Shown: positions 14,281-25,639 of the stretch, one piece after another
Layout of the letters: each line of letters begins with the position of its first letter
Position numbering within the stretch: the first letter of the stretch is position 1
Origin: the human T2T-CHM13v2.0 reference genome, Homo sapiens
Assembly (NCBI RefSeq): GCF_009914755.1
Contig: NC_060929.1
Length of the DNA: 64,000 nucleotides
Direction: 5' to 3' (one strand)
The notes under the pieces: generated by a model
Told to the model about the DNA's origin: nothing
What the model saw: the letters and a program-made list of their open reading frames with translations, nothing else
Databases searched by the model: none
Made by a program: the position numbers and the translations under genes

Positions 14281-14490
14281 GAGGCAATATATTATAATAC
14301 AAACAACATGACGTTTATGACTCACTGAGACCTTGTTTTAACATGCACTGTGTAATCTAGAAGTTGCTTAACATCTCTTAATTTTATTTTCCTCATTGTT
14401 AAAGTGAAAATCATAATAAACACATTTCATAAATTGTATAAGCATTAAAAAGATACCAATTATGTAAGATATTTTCTAGTATATAAAACT
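14281..14490 (+). mobile_element. MIR SINE
   Basis: Core ctgtgtaatctagaagttgcttaacatctct...ttttcctcattgttaaagtgaaaat. Confidence 0.65.
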
Positions 14491-14596
14491 ATTCTCCAAC
14501 AATGTAAAATGATATATAGTGATATAATTATATAACATATAAGCATATATTATATATATATGCATATGTTTTTGACCTATATAATACATGCATATG

Positions 14597-14973
14597 TGCA
14601 TTAGTCTGTTCTCAGGCTGCTAATAAAGACATACCCAAGAGTGAGTAATTTATAAAGGAAAGAGGTTTAATTAACTCACAGTTCAGCATGGCTGGGGAGG
14701 CCTCAGGAAACTTACAATCATGGTGGAAGGGGAAGCAAACATGTCCTTCATCACATGGTGGCAGCAAGGAGAAGCGTAGAGCAAAGAGGGGAAAAAGCCC
14801 CCCACAGAACCATCAGATCTCATGAGAACTCACTCACTATCACAAGAACAGCATGGAGGTAACCGCCCCCGTGCTTTAATTACCTCCCACCAGGTCCCTC
14901 TCAAGACATGTGGAGATTATGGGAACTACAATTCAAGATGAGACTTGGTTGGGAACACAGCCAAACTATATAA
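14597..14973 (-). mobile_element. THE1C solo LTR (ERVL-MaLR)
   Basis: Full-length match: attagtctgttctcaggctgctaataaagacataccc ... aaacttacaatcatggtggaagg ... gggaacacagccaaactata. Confidence 0.92.
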
Positions 14974-16479
14974 ACATCTAACAGGTAAATATGTATTCAT
15001 ATATACATAGTTTCTCTCTTTTGAAACCTCCATCAAATTGTCAAATTATGCCTAAGTAACATTAAACACCTAACCTCTACTAACTCTACTATAAATCACG
15101 AGCTGTCATTCTTGATGGTTTTCTATCTAACTTTGCATGTGCTGTTTGTGCACACATAAAAATCTTCACCTAAGGATCTAGGCAGCTATAGAACTATTTC
15201 GTGTCATGTCAATTTTTTGAAATAATTTTATTTGTCCTTACATAAATGAAATCAATTATCTATATCACTAATGTATTTTTGAGTATTTGGTCATTATGCT
15301 TTTCTTTCTATGTGATTTTTCTCTTTTATCATAATTCAAAACCGTATTGCTTTAGTAATAGCACAGCCCTACAATGAGATTGTCAGACCTTACGAATCTG
15401 TTGATTTATGAATTTCTCTGATAATTCTCCTCTTTCCTAATTTGCTCATTTCCCTCTTCCCTTTATTCTCCATGTCTTCTGTTTAATTTTGCCTTTAAAA
15501 AAAAAAATTGGAACTCCCTTCTCACCTTTTCATCATCTCTCTTCAAAATTCCAAGGTTTCTTCTCTTAGTCCAGACTATAAATCCAATGAACATGCATTT
15601 ATTTCTAACTTGCATTTTTAGATAATTAAGATTAAAACATATTTATGGATTAAAAATTAATTTTTGTTCATCCCATACTTAACTGTATCTTTCCTTATAA
15701 AGTTCTATAAATAATTTTTTCAACATGTTTATGTTCTCTGAAATCTGAAACTTTTTAAACAAATATAAATGCTAAACATTTTAAAAGAAACATGTGGTCA
15801 ACTGTAGCAAACTTCTACTGCATGGAAATCCCACTACCTATGGAGAGGTTATTAGATATTGAAACACAGGGTGGAATTTCCAGAAATGAGGGAGATTGGT
15901 TTTGACCAGAGACAATAATCAGAGTTCCCCCAACCAACCTGGCTGCTCAATTGCTCTCTTTGGAATTGGACAGAATAAGAAGAGAGCATAGGACACAGGT
16001 TTAGAATGTGATTTGATGGGTGTTCTAGTATATATGGAGGTAATATGATGTTTAGTACAGCTAAAGGAACAAAGAGAAAAATGTGAGTATGGATGTAAAT
16101 GTGTATATATATCTACAGTTTTACCATCCTGCTTTCTGAAGTATCACTGATACTTTAAGGCTCAAACTGGTAAGAATAAGCTGACTAATAATAAAGGAAA
16201 ATACCTTGGTATATTTTTATGTATGTTCTTTAAAAAACATACTTTAAAAAACATTTATTTATAAACTTTGTTTATAAATAAATAAAACCTTTCAGCTTTC
16301 TCTGTATCTAAAACTATATTTGCCTAATTATCAAATATTTTAAAACAGTTTTTGGAAAGAAGTGTAAGTCAGAGCTTTGTCTGCTAAGTGACATAAAAAG
16401 CTGTTTGAGAAGACAGGATATATCATTTTTTAAGTTATATTTTAAATATGGTGAAATTTAAATATCTGCAGTATATTTA

Positions 16480-17000
16480 AATAAATACACATAATAAGCA
16501 GACAGTGATGTATTATCAGAGCTGGAGGAATAAGACAACAAAGCAGGTGATGTAGGTTAGGGAGGCATATATCTAGTGTTGAAATTCAAAGTCATGAGGC
16601 TATATGAAGTTTTTAAAGACAAGAGACTATAGAAAGATTGACAGGGAGTTAATAACAGAACTTGGGCAAGTATTCACATTTGATGACAAAAACATAGAGG
16701 AAAAAGTCATTAATTAGAGAAAAACTAAGACTATATATGCAATAGGAAGAAAAATGAAACATTGTTAAGTAACATTGGAAAAAAACAAAGCACGAAAAAT
16801 GCAAAGAAAATGGTAGTGGCCAATGGTCTCAGATTCTACTGTGAAGTCTAGAGGAATGAATATTGAAAAAATATAAATGGACTTGTGATTGGTGACCTTG
16901 GGGAATTCAAATTCAATACAATTGTTGAGGTGAGATAATACGCTTAGGAAGTAAAGGAATTAAGGAAAAGAGAAATAAGATGGAGGAAGACTGCATAGTA
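16480..17000 (-). mobile_element. LINE-2 fragments
   Basis: Purine-rich degenerate antisense L2 (gaagtctagaggaatgaatattgaaaa...attggtgaccttgg). Confidence 0.5.
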
Positions 17001-17996
17001 AAGTGAAATCCTTTTAAAAATGGACAATACTGGAGAACTATGTAGACAATGGTAAATGTTCAGTGGTTGGGGGGACTTCAACATTGTAGAAGGAAGAGGG
17101 TAATTGATGGAGGAGAAAGGACAAAATTATGGACTCGACAGTCAGTTTAAATGTTAATGGAGAGTTCCTGAGTGTGTAGGAGCAGCTGCTGACAGGAGCT
17201 AAGGATATGTCAGTTTTAACTAGCACCCCTAGGCAGAAGAGTCCCAAATACTGTCTCTTGACTTGACCTCTTCCCTGAACTCCAGTTGAGTGGGTGGGCT
17301 TGTCACTCAGGGAAACACCACAAGTGATGCAACCATGTTCCTATCCTCTTCATTCTATTATTAGTCTACAGACACACATCTTTTTCTGTCTGCCAATTTG
17401 TCTCTGTTAGCTTCACCATACCCGTACTTTTCTTTTCACACTTGCCTCCCAAAAATACATGACTTAATACATTGACAGTGTCACTGCATGTGATTTGAAA
17501 CCTAGAACCTAGAAAAGGAAAAATGTTGAATGGATCAATGAACAAATGAATGGATGGATACTATTCTAGTCCTTTCTTACGCAGGAAGGAAAAAGAAATA
17601 ACTTTTCTGCCTTTACTGCCAGATATATACAAAAAATATATTGTATATTCATTTGTAATAAATGCTAAGAAGATCAATAATGCTCAATGAGACCATCGAG
17701 AACTGTAGACTGCAGGAGCTATTTTCTATTGGTTGATCAGGAAAGGCCTCCATGAATAGCTGACATTTGAGCCTAAAACTAAATGAAATGGGAGAACAAA
17801 CTACACTTGATACTTGGGGGAAGAGTTTTGCAGGTACAGGGAAGACCGACTGTAAAAGTCTAACAGTAAGAATATACTTCGCCTGTCTGAAAACCAATGT
17901 TCGCTTGATTAAGAGGCTGGTCTTCATGTGAGGAGGAAAATGAGACCAGAGAGACAATGGAAGCCCAGATCATGGAGTGCCATTTTGACCAAGATG

Positions 17997-18185
17997 TAGG
18001 TTTGCTAGATTTAGGAAATAAAGACACAGAGTATCCAGTTAAATTTGAATTTTAGATAAACAGCAAATATTTTTCATATATCTATGTCCCTCATATTGTA
18101 TCACACACAGGCATTAAAAAAGTATTTGTTGTTCATTTGAAATTCATATTTAACAAGGTGTCCTGTATTTTATCTGGAAACTTTA
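17997..18185. mobile_element. MER53 palindromic hAT-family MITE
   Basis: taggtttgctagatttaggaaataaagacacag..ccagttaaatttgaattttagataaac ... gttcatttgaaattcatatttaac..tgtcctgtattttatctggaaacttta; self-complementary arms. Confidence 0.88.
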
Positions 18186-18566
18186 ACATGGTGACATCTT
18201 TGCATTTTACTCTGACAAGGAATTGTGCTGAAGTATTTTGAATGAAGAAGTAGAATAATTGCTTTTATGGCAAATAAATAATAAAGTGGTGAGGATAATC
18301 ACATGAAGACTTGTGAGGGGGCTATTGTTACAGTCAAGGCAAGCTTGCCAGAGCGGTAGTGGAGAAGAGAGGGTAGCAGTATAAAGTAGTGAGGAAGTTA
18401 CCAGTAGTCGAAGTGACAGATTAGATTTGTGATGAAAAAGAAAGAACAGAGTCAAAAATTATTCCAAGATCTATTGCCTAAATAACTAGGAAAACAGAGC
18501 TGACATTTCCAGAAAGAGAGAAGATTAGAAGAGGAAAAAAATTTATGCATAAGATCAAGAGTTAAA

Positions 18567-19110
18567 ATTTTTTATTGATGTATATTTTCCCTACTATAAA
18601 TTTCATCCATTTTAAGAATAGCATTTCATGATTTTTAGTAAATTTAGAGTTGTACAACCACCAATACAATCTAACTGCAGAATATTTCCAGCCCCCACTC
18701 GAAAAAAAATTCTTCTGGCCCATTTGCAGTGATTCTGTATATCCATGTTAGCCCCTTGGCAGCTACAGAATTACTTTCTATCTTTACAGATTTGTCTTTC
18801 CTGAATGTTCCATGTAAATGGAATCTACAATATATTGTCTTTTGTGCCCAGTTTCTTCTACTAAGTATTATGTTTTGAGGTTCATCCATGTTATAGCATA
18901 TATCAACTCTTGGTACCTTTTTATTGCAGAATTGTATTCCGTTGTATGGATATATCACTAATTGGATTGTTTCCAGTTTACAGCTATTATAAATAATGCA
19001 ACCTTGAACATTCATGTACAAGTCTGCATATAGATGTATGTATTTACTTCTCCTGGGTAGATTCCTTGGAGGAAAATTTCTGGGTTATAAGGTAAATTTA
19101 TGTCAATAGT
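18567..19110 (-). mobile_element. Old LINE-1 3' end (L1MB8/L1ME1-like)
   Basis: Antisense L1 3' UTR: tagagttgtacaaccacc, ttttgaggttcatccatgttatagcatatatca, ttgtttccagttt..gctattataaataatgc. Confidence 0.85.
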
Positions 19111-20526
19111 TTGGTTTTGAATTAATCTCCAGTAGAGATTTTGAGTGGGTACCTGCCACATGGATCTGGAGTTCAGAAAAAAATGTAAATGTAAAATTGG
19201 AATTTAACATCACAAACATGATTTTAAAGTCATTGGGCTGAGTAAGGTAACATAAGTAGTGAATGTAATTAGAAAAGAGAAAAAGTCTAAAGATTCACTC
19301 CTGGCACACACTAATTTAAAGGTTAGGAGAGAAGGAAGTTTGATGAAAAGAGAAAAAAAGGCAAACAGAAAAAGGGTCCAAGCAGGTACTTTTTGTGTCC
19401 TATCATATCTCCTTGAGCAAGTTTTAGGCTCAGCTGAGCTGTGGTGGACAGTTTCAGTACATGCTAACAACCTTCCAAGTTTTTCTGCTTCACTGCCTCC
19501 AGATTTCTTCCAAAGTAGAAAAGCTCACTCAGCTCTTGTGGTGGTGTATGGAATCAAAGACCACAGAGGTAATTTTTGGTGAAGACAAGATGGGATACAG
19601 GGATTATAAAGGCCTCAGTCTCCTATTCTTTGGCAAGATAATTCTGAGATTGGCTTAGCCCATAAACAATCCTGGTGATTTTGCTGTAAGCAGTTTCAGA
19701 ATAACAAAAAGGCTGACTGGAGTTGATTCAAGGAAAAATAATGGAAAGAAAAGAGAGGAAATTGAGATGCCTCTAGGATCTATTTCTAGGAGTTTTGCTG
19801 CAAGGCAGAGGAAAGAAATGGCATGGTAAGTAGACAGAGATAGGCAGTGAAGACAGTTCAAAGGAAGGATTTGTGTTAAAGGCAGAGGACGTTACACTGC
19901 ATTTGTACAGTTGAAGGGAACAGTAAAGATGCAGGAGATAGAGGGAGAATTGCTGGAGTGATATCTTTGAATAGATGAGAGATATGATGAGGGTGCAAGT
20001 GCAGAGTTTTACCTTAGGAATACAGATTTTATCTGTTTTAACAGGGAAAGGCAGAGCTTTTAGATATAGATGTGAATATATTGGTACATTTAATAGTGGA
20101 AACGTGTGCTTGCCTCTTGACTTGAAGAATAAATTCCTATCCAGATAGTGGATAGCCACCTTCTACTTGAACCCACCAACAAGAAGGAATTTTTATATTT
20201 TAAAAGAACCCATTCTATTTCAGACAGTCCTAGGGTACCACAATTTTTTCTCCATAGTATTGAGCCAATGGGTAGACAATAGAGGTGTAAAGTCTTAGGA
20301 ATGGATGGTAGAGGCACATTTGTTACAAAATAAGAAACAGCAGTTATAGCAGATGAGGAGGGTAGGGCAAATATTCTAATCCATCAGCCAAGACTAAGAT
20401 TGGAAAATACTAATGTAGGAAAACAAAATCCCCAGGAGAAATGATAGTTTTGGCAGTCACAAGTGTTAACAGACAAATTTAACCACAAAGCAAGGTACAA
20501 TGTAACTTCTTCAGCATAGGTAAATC

Positions 20527-20551
20527 TATTTTATTTTATTTTATTTTATTT
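20527..20551. repeat. (TATTT)5 repeat
   Basis: tattttattttattttattttattt. Confidence 0.85.
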
Positions 20552-23500
20552 CACATTTGAAATTCTCATTCAACCTTATTGAGTTGGGTACTGACATAAA
20601 GATCTTGATTCACAAGTCTTATTGGAAAGGTGTCTCAAGTAAAATCACATAGTAAATTGTTACAATAAAGATTGGAAAACTGCTCACTTTAGTTCTATTT
20701 CTGCCAGTCTCAGGCTGTATAGTAATTCTTGTCAATTCTAAAGAAAATAATGACTTATGTTAACATTTAATGGGTACCTGCTATGGTCTCGCATTGATAG
20801 GTGATAGAGGTAAAAATATCTCTTTCCTGATGGCATCATTTCAGCGAAGTACTCTTTAAAAACTCTGAGAAAAAGTGTATGACAACACGCTAGTATTCAA
20901 CGACTTTATCTAAGAGGAGTCAGTGAGGTCATGATGGAGCAGGAGTCCCAGAAAAGGAGTGTTAAAGTATAACGAGGTTGAGTAAGGGGGAAAATTTCAG
21001 ACAAGAAGCCAAAGTCCCTTCACTCCTTGTAAATTTAGTCTTGTGTCTGTACCGTTGGACTATATCAGGGCTTTTCAAACTCTTTTTCATAGATTTCTTT
21101 GTAAGCCACATTAGCTGGAGAGAACTTCATGGAGAAAGAAGTCAAGATGAACGATCAGAGCCTTAATACTCTCACTTATATTTCAACCACAGGTATCTTT
21201 GGAAAAGTAAAAGGGGTTCCATTAATTTAAAAAATTCTTATGTGGAAAAATCACTGTTTTATATGATCTCTAAAAGTCCTATCAAACAATTCCATGGAAC
21301 ATCTCTAAGGGCCCATTGTACTCATTGGTGTGATCCAAACCAAAAATGTGTCCTGGGGACTGCATCATAGATGCCAATTTTGAAGACAGATAGTGGGAAA
21401 AGGGCAAAAGGAAGCAGTGGTCTTTGTAGGGACAAAGTAGACAAAGGCATTGGATAAGAGTAAGATAATTTGCTGAAACATAAAGGCAGAAAGGAAGTGG
21501 AAATATATTGCAGACAAGCTGCCTAAGAGCACATTTTGTCTCTGAAATGCCAATTAGAACATCCAAATAAAACACGATGAAGTTATAATTATAAAATATG
21601 TCTACATCTATACAGACATATTCATATATTTACGTGCATGTTTTATACAGGCACCCATGACTTATAAAATTATATTAAGAGATAATAGTGAAAACTTATC
21701 TAAATGCGTGGCGCATGCCCTCTAAAAGCAGTTCCAGACAAAAGATAAGAAAAATACAGCTTATAATACATAACCAAAAGAATCATGATTGTGGGGGTAA
21801 TTCTAGTATTCCTTTTATTTATCATTTAATCCAATCTGAAAAGTCAAACCTGTCGACTGAGGTTTGACTTTTCCTCCCCATACACAGTATTAAACTTAAT
21901 TATAAGTTGGCTTTTCTTGTTAATGAATTCTCCTTTGAACAAGCTAGCATTTTATCTAAAGCAGTTCTCAAAGCTATAAATGATATCTCCAACAAAACAA
22001 AGTTACAAAAGTTTTCTCATTTAAAAAAATAGGTAAACTACTTTTTAGACAAGCTTGGAGGTATGATGTAGGTTTTTGCGTTGCATAAGTAAATGCCTTA
22101 GTTTTCCATGGTTTTCTTGCTCAGATTCTAATTTTTGATGCCAAGGGCCATACAGTCTGTTTTACATGAATAAGTCAAAAAAAAAGGTGAGATGTTCTAT
22201 TCTTAGAACCCCTAATTTTCCTACAAGTAATTTTTTTTAGTGGGAAGAGAATCGAATCCATCCTTTCCTTCCTTATCTTACATCATTTTTTTCTGACTAG
22301 ATAGCAATAAAATAATTACCTTTACAAAAAATACAGATATTTTTATGCCAAATACAAACTAACTTTGGTTTATCTCATGTGTATACAATTAGTGTGTGTT
22401 ATCTTTGGAATTGTGGTCCAAAACATAAATTTTTAATGTATTTTATAAAAAACATTTACACTTTAGCCTGCTCTGCCTAAATTCAACTGGTGCTACTGTG
22501 TTTCACAGCAAGACTAACTTTCTGACTTTGAAAAGTGTTCTTCACGTTGCTTTTTATATGACATCAATTTCATTGTGCACCAGAGGTGACTGAGAAACAT
22601 ATTTTGTTGGTTACGAATATTACAGTAAGTGACTGTCCTCCATGCAATTTTCAAATAAGAATCAATCAAATCTTGTGTGGTGATGTGCAAATTTTCAGTC
22701 AATTTTAACTGGCTTGGCTCTTCCAAAGGTTAAGGTAGTTTAATGGTTGAAAGCACATTGCAGTGCAGTTAGCTGCAAAAGTCAAAGGCTAGAGGATGAG
22801 GATTTTATTTCCTTTTAGCTTTTGCCATGTCTGTTTTCTGTCCAATCTGCCTCTTGCTGCCGTTTAACCCATGCTTTTAAAGACAAGAGGGGTTGAGAAC
22901 TTGAGGGCCTCTGGCTTCATTTTAACAAGGCATCGCTAGCACTTGGGTACATAATTTGTCATAAATGTCAGAGGTCACTGGGTGTTCAAAACCTACATCC
23001 AGCAGATGGTCATTATGACAGCAGTTACGTTTCAAAGGCAAAGGATGTTTTGTGGTATTTACTTTAGTGTGTTAATGTCACACCTCAGAGTATATCTGAG
23101 AAGATTCTACTTTAAATCAAATCATGCTTGTGGTTATCTGCCTAAGAAGCAGTAACAGAAAACAGATGAGCTTTCAAAAGATACTCTATTTGGTTATTCT
23201 GAAATAAAGTATACACCAAACAGTTCTTTTTCATTTTTACCTCATGTTCAAGTGCTGACAATGAATTTCCCAGCTTCACATTTCTGAGAAGAGTTATAAA
23301 AATAAAATTAAGAAGCAAATTATTAAAATGTACTAATGTGAATTTATTTATCTAGCTTAGATCATTTAAACTGCCTAAAATTATAACAGCTATAGATGAA
23401 TTTCTATGCTACAGCTAAAGATCATTATCTAATAGCTTCATCAGATGGAACAAATAAAAAGTAATAGATTAGATTTCACTATACCTCTAAATTTACTCTA

Positions 23501-24119
23501 TTTTTTACTTATGCTATTTTATACTAAACATTTTTCAACAGCACCTGACACCTAAAATTGAAAAGCAAGACTCAAATCCAATCATATTTTTATTAGATAA
23601 TCCCAGCAGAATTGGTGAAGAACTAAGCATTTATGTTAAATGAAGAGGTCCTTCATTTCTCAAAACACACTGAATTCTAAGGCATGAGTTTAGCAACAAG
23701 AAGCCCTGGACATAAACTAGTCAGGCACCTATGATAAAAAAGATAAAAATATTCTTAAAACTGATTGAAAATAAAAAGTGAGAGAACTCTAGTGCTACAT
23801 TGAGAGAAGTGTACTATTGAATGTCTGAGCCTGTAGGGAATGTGAATGATTATTTCCTAATACAGCTGATAAAATGGGCTGGGAAAGATGCTGATACAGC
23901 TGTGGGGCCTGGATCTATCCACATAGCTGTGGGAACACCAACTCTGTTAAAACTCAAACAAACTTCCTGTGAGATTCTTCACTAATGTTGCTCATGATTT
24001 TATCTTACAAAACATAGAAGGGGTAACAAGAATTGTTACTCTGAACTTCACTTTGAGATATAAGGAAGAATTGCTTAATGATCTAGCAGTGACAGCAATC
24101 TTGGGGGAAATTAAGACAT

Positions 24120-25075
24120 CTTATAGGAAGAATTAAGTTTAGCTGCATGCAACAGAAAACCCAAATTAACTAGTTTAGTGCATGAGATTTCATTCTTTGC
24201 TAAAAAGGTCCAGAGGTCAGCTCTCCAGGATTCATGTAGCAAGATCACAAATTAGTGCAGGTCCCAGGCTCCTTTCAGCTTTTCATTCAGAACAGAACAG
24301 GTTAAGAGCACAGATAGCCCAACTTCACCACTTCCTAGTTATTTAATCTTTGGCAAGTCACTTCATCTCCCTCTGCCTCAATTTCTACATCTGTAAATAG
24401 ATTTATAATCACTAACTATAAATTACTTTAATGAAAATTGTTAATTGGAACTGTGGATAGTAATTTGCAATAACTACTCAAAAGTAATAGTAGGTAATGT
24501 TTAATGAGTGTTTCTCATTTTCAGACTCTATTCTTAACTCCTTACTTGCTAAATAAGGTACCAATTGTATAATGCAGGATCAAAACGCCGGCCCAGTTAA
24601 TGTGTCTGCATGATTCCTGCTCTTAAGTACTATTTAGGGTGAAGAAATTGAGATCCCTAGTTTATATGATTGTTGTGAAGCATGTATAAATTAATACATA
24701 TAAACTGTGAAGAATCATTCTTGCTACATAGTAAGTACTAAATATACTGCCTGCTATTAGTCTTTATCTTCTTTATTACTACTGCATTTCTGATGTGTTC
24801 CTCTTCAACCTAGTCCAAGATGGCTGCTAAAGCTCCAATCATTTCATCCTCATTAAAGAAGCTTATGTCATCTTCCTTTAAGGACACTTTCTGCATACAC
24901 ATAATCTCTATTTACATTAAATTTGTCAAAATTTAGGCCCAAGAACATGCTTTGCTACAAGAGACTGAAAATATGGTCTTTATTATGTGTTCTGGTAAAA
25001 TTTGTGGACTTTTTCACTCAGAAAGTAAAGAAAAATATTAAATACTGGGGAGACATAAGCAGCAGTTTCTGCCAT
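24120..25075 (-). mobile_element. MLT1-family LTR split by MIR fragments (~24290-24760)
   Basis: agctgcatgcaacagaaaacccaaa; caagatggctgctaaagctcca. Internal MIR core tctttggcaagtcacttcatctccctctgcctcaatttctacatctgtaaat. Confidence 0.6.
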
Positions 25076-25639
25076 GTTACCTAGGAGTTCATAAAAGTAT
25101 AAAAATTGTCTATTGGAGATTCTCAGACAGACATGTAGGTTTTTAGGAGAGCATTTATTTAAAAAGTAGGCAAAGTATAGGCATGATGTGATGTCTAGAA
25201 CCTCCTCCTTTGCCTTTCCACCACCAAAAATATTTTTAAGAGAAGAAAGGATAAACAAAACAAAAATGAAACCTATATATAAATAAAGAAGAAATATCTA
25301 ATGGAATAAATAAAGAAGGAATATCTATAGAAATCATATGGATTTTTTGAAGAGCTCATCTTTATAAATGAAAGATAATTTCATAAGACCTCTAAGACTA
25401 ACACTAAGGAACGTCAAAGGAGAGATAAGTTTTAGGGATAATATTGAAAACAGGAAAGTCAGCTTTAGCTGTGCTTGATATACAAAGATGAGCAAAAAGA
25501 GAGAATCACTTGGTTTGGGAAGATGGAGGTGAAACCCACAACTACCCATCTCTTATTCTTTATCTTTAACCAACAATGTAAAGACTCTTGATATTGAGAA
25601 GAGCATAACAAACATCATCAAGACAGTTACATGTACCTA

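Larger units (their letters stand above)
17690..20060 (-). mobile_element. Long LINE-2 interrupted by MER53 and an L1 fragment
   Basis: gatcaggaaaggcctcc..tgacatttgagc..ttgggggaagagttttgcaggtacagggaa; L2 sequence resumes after 18186 and after ~19110. Confidence 0.7.
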
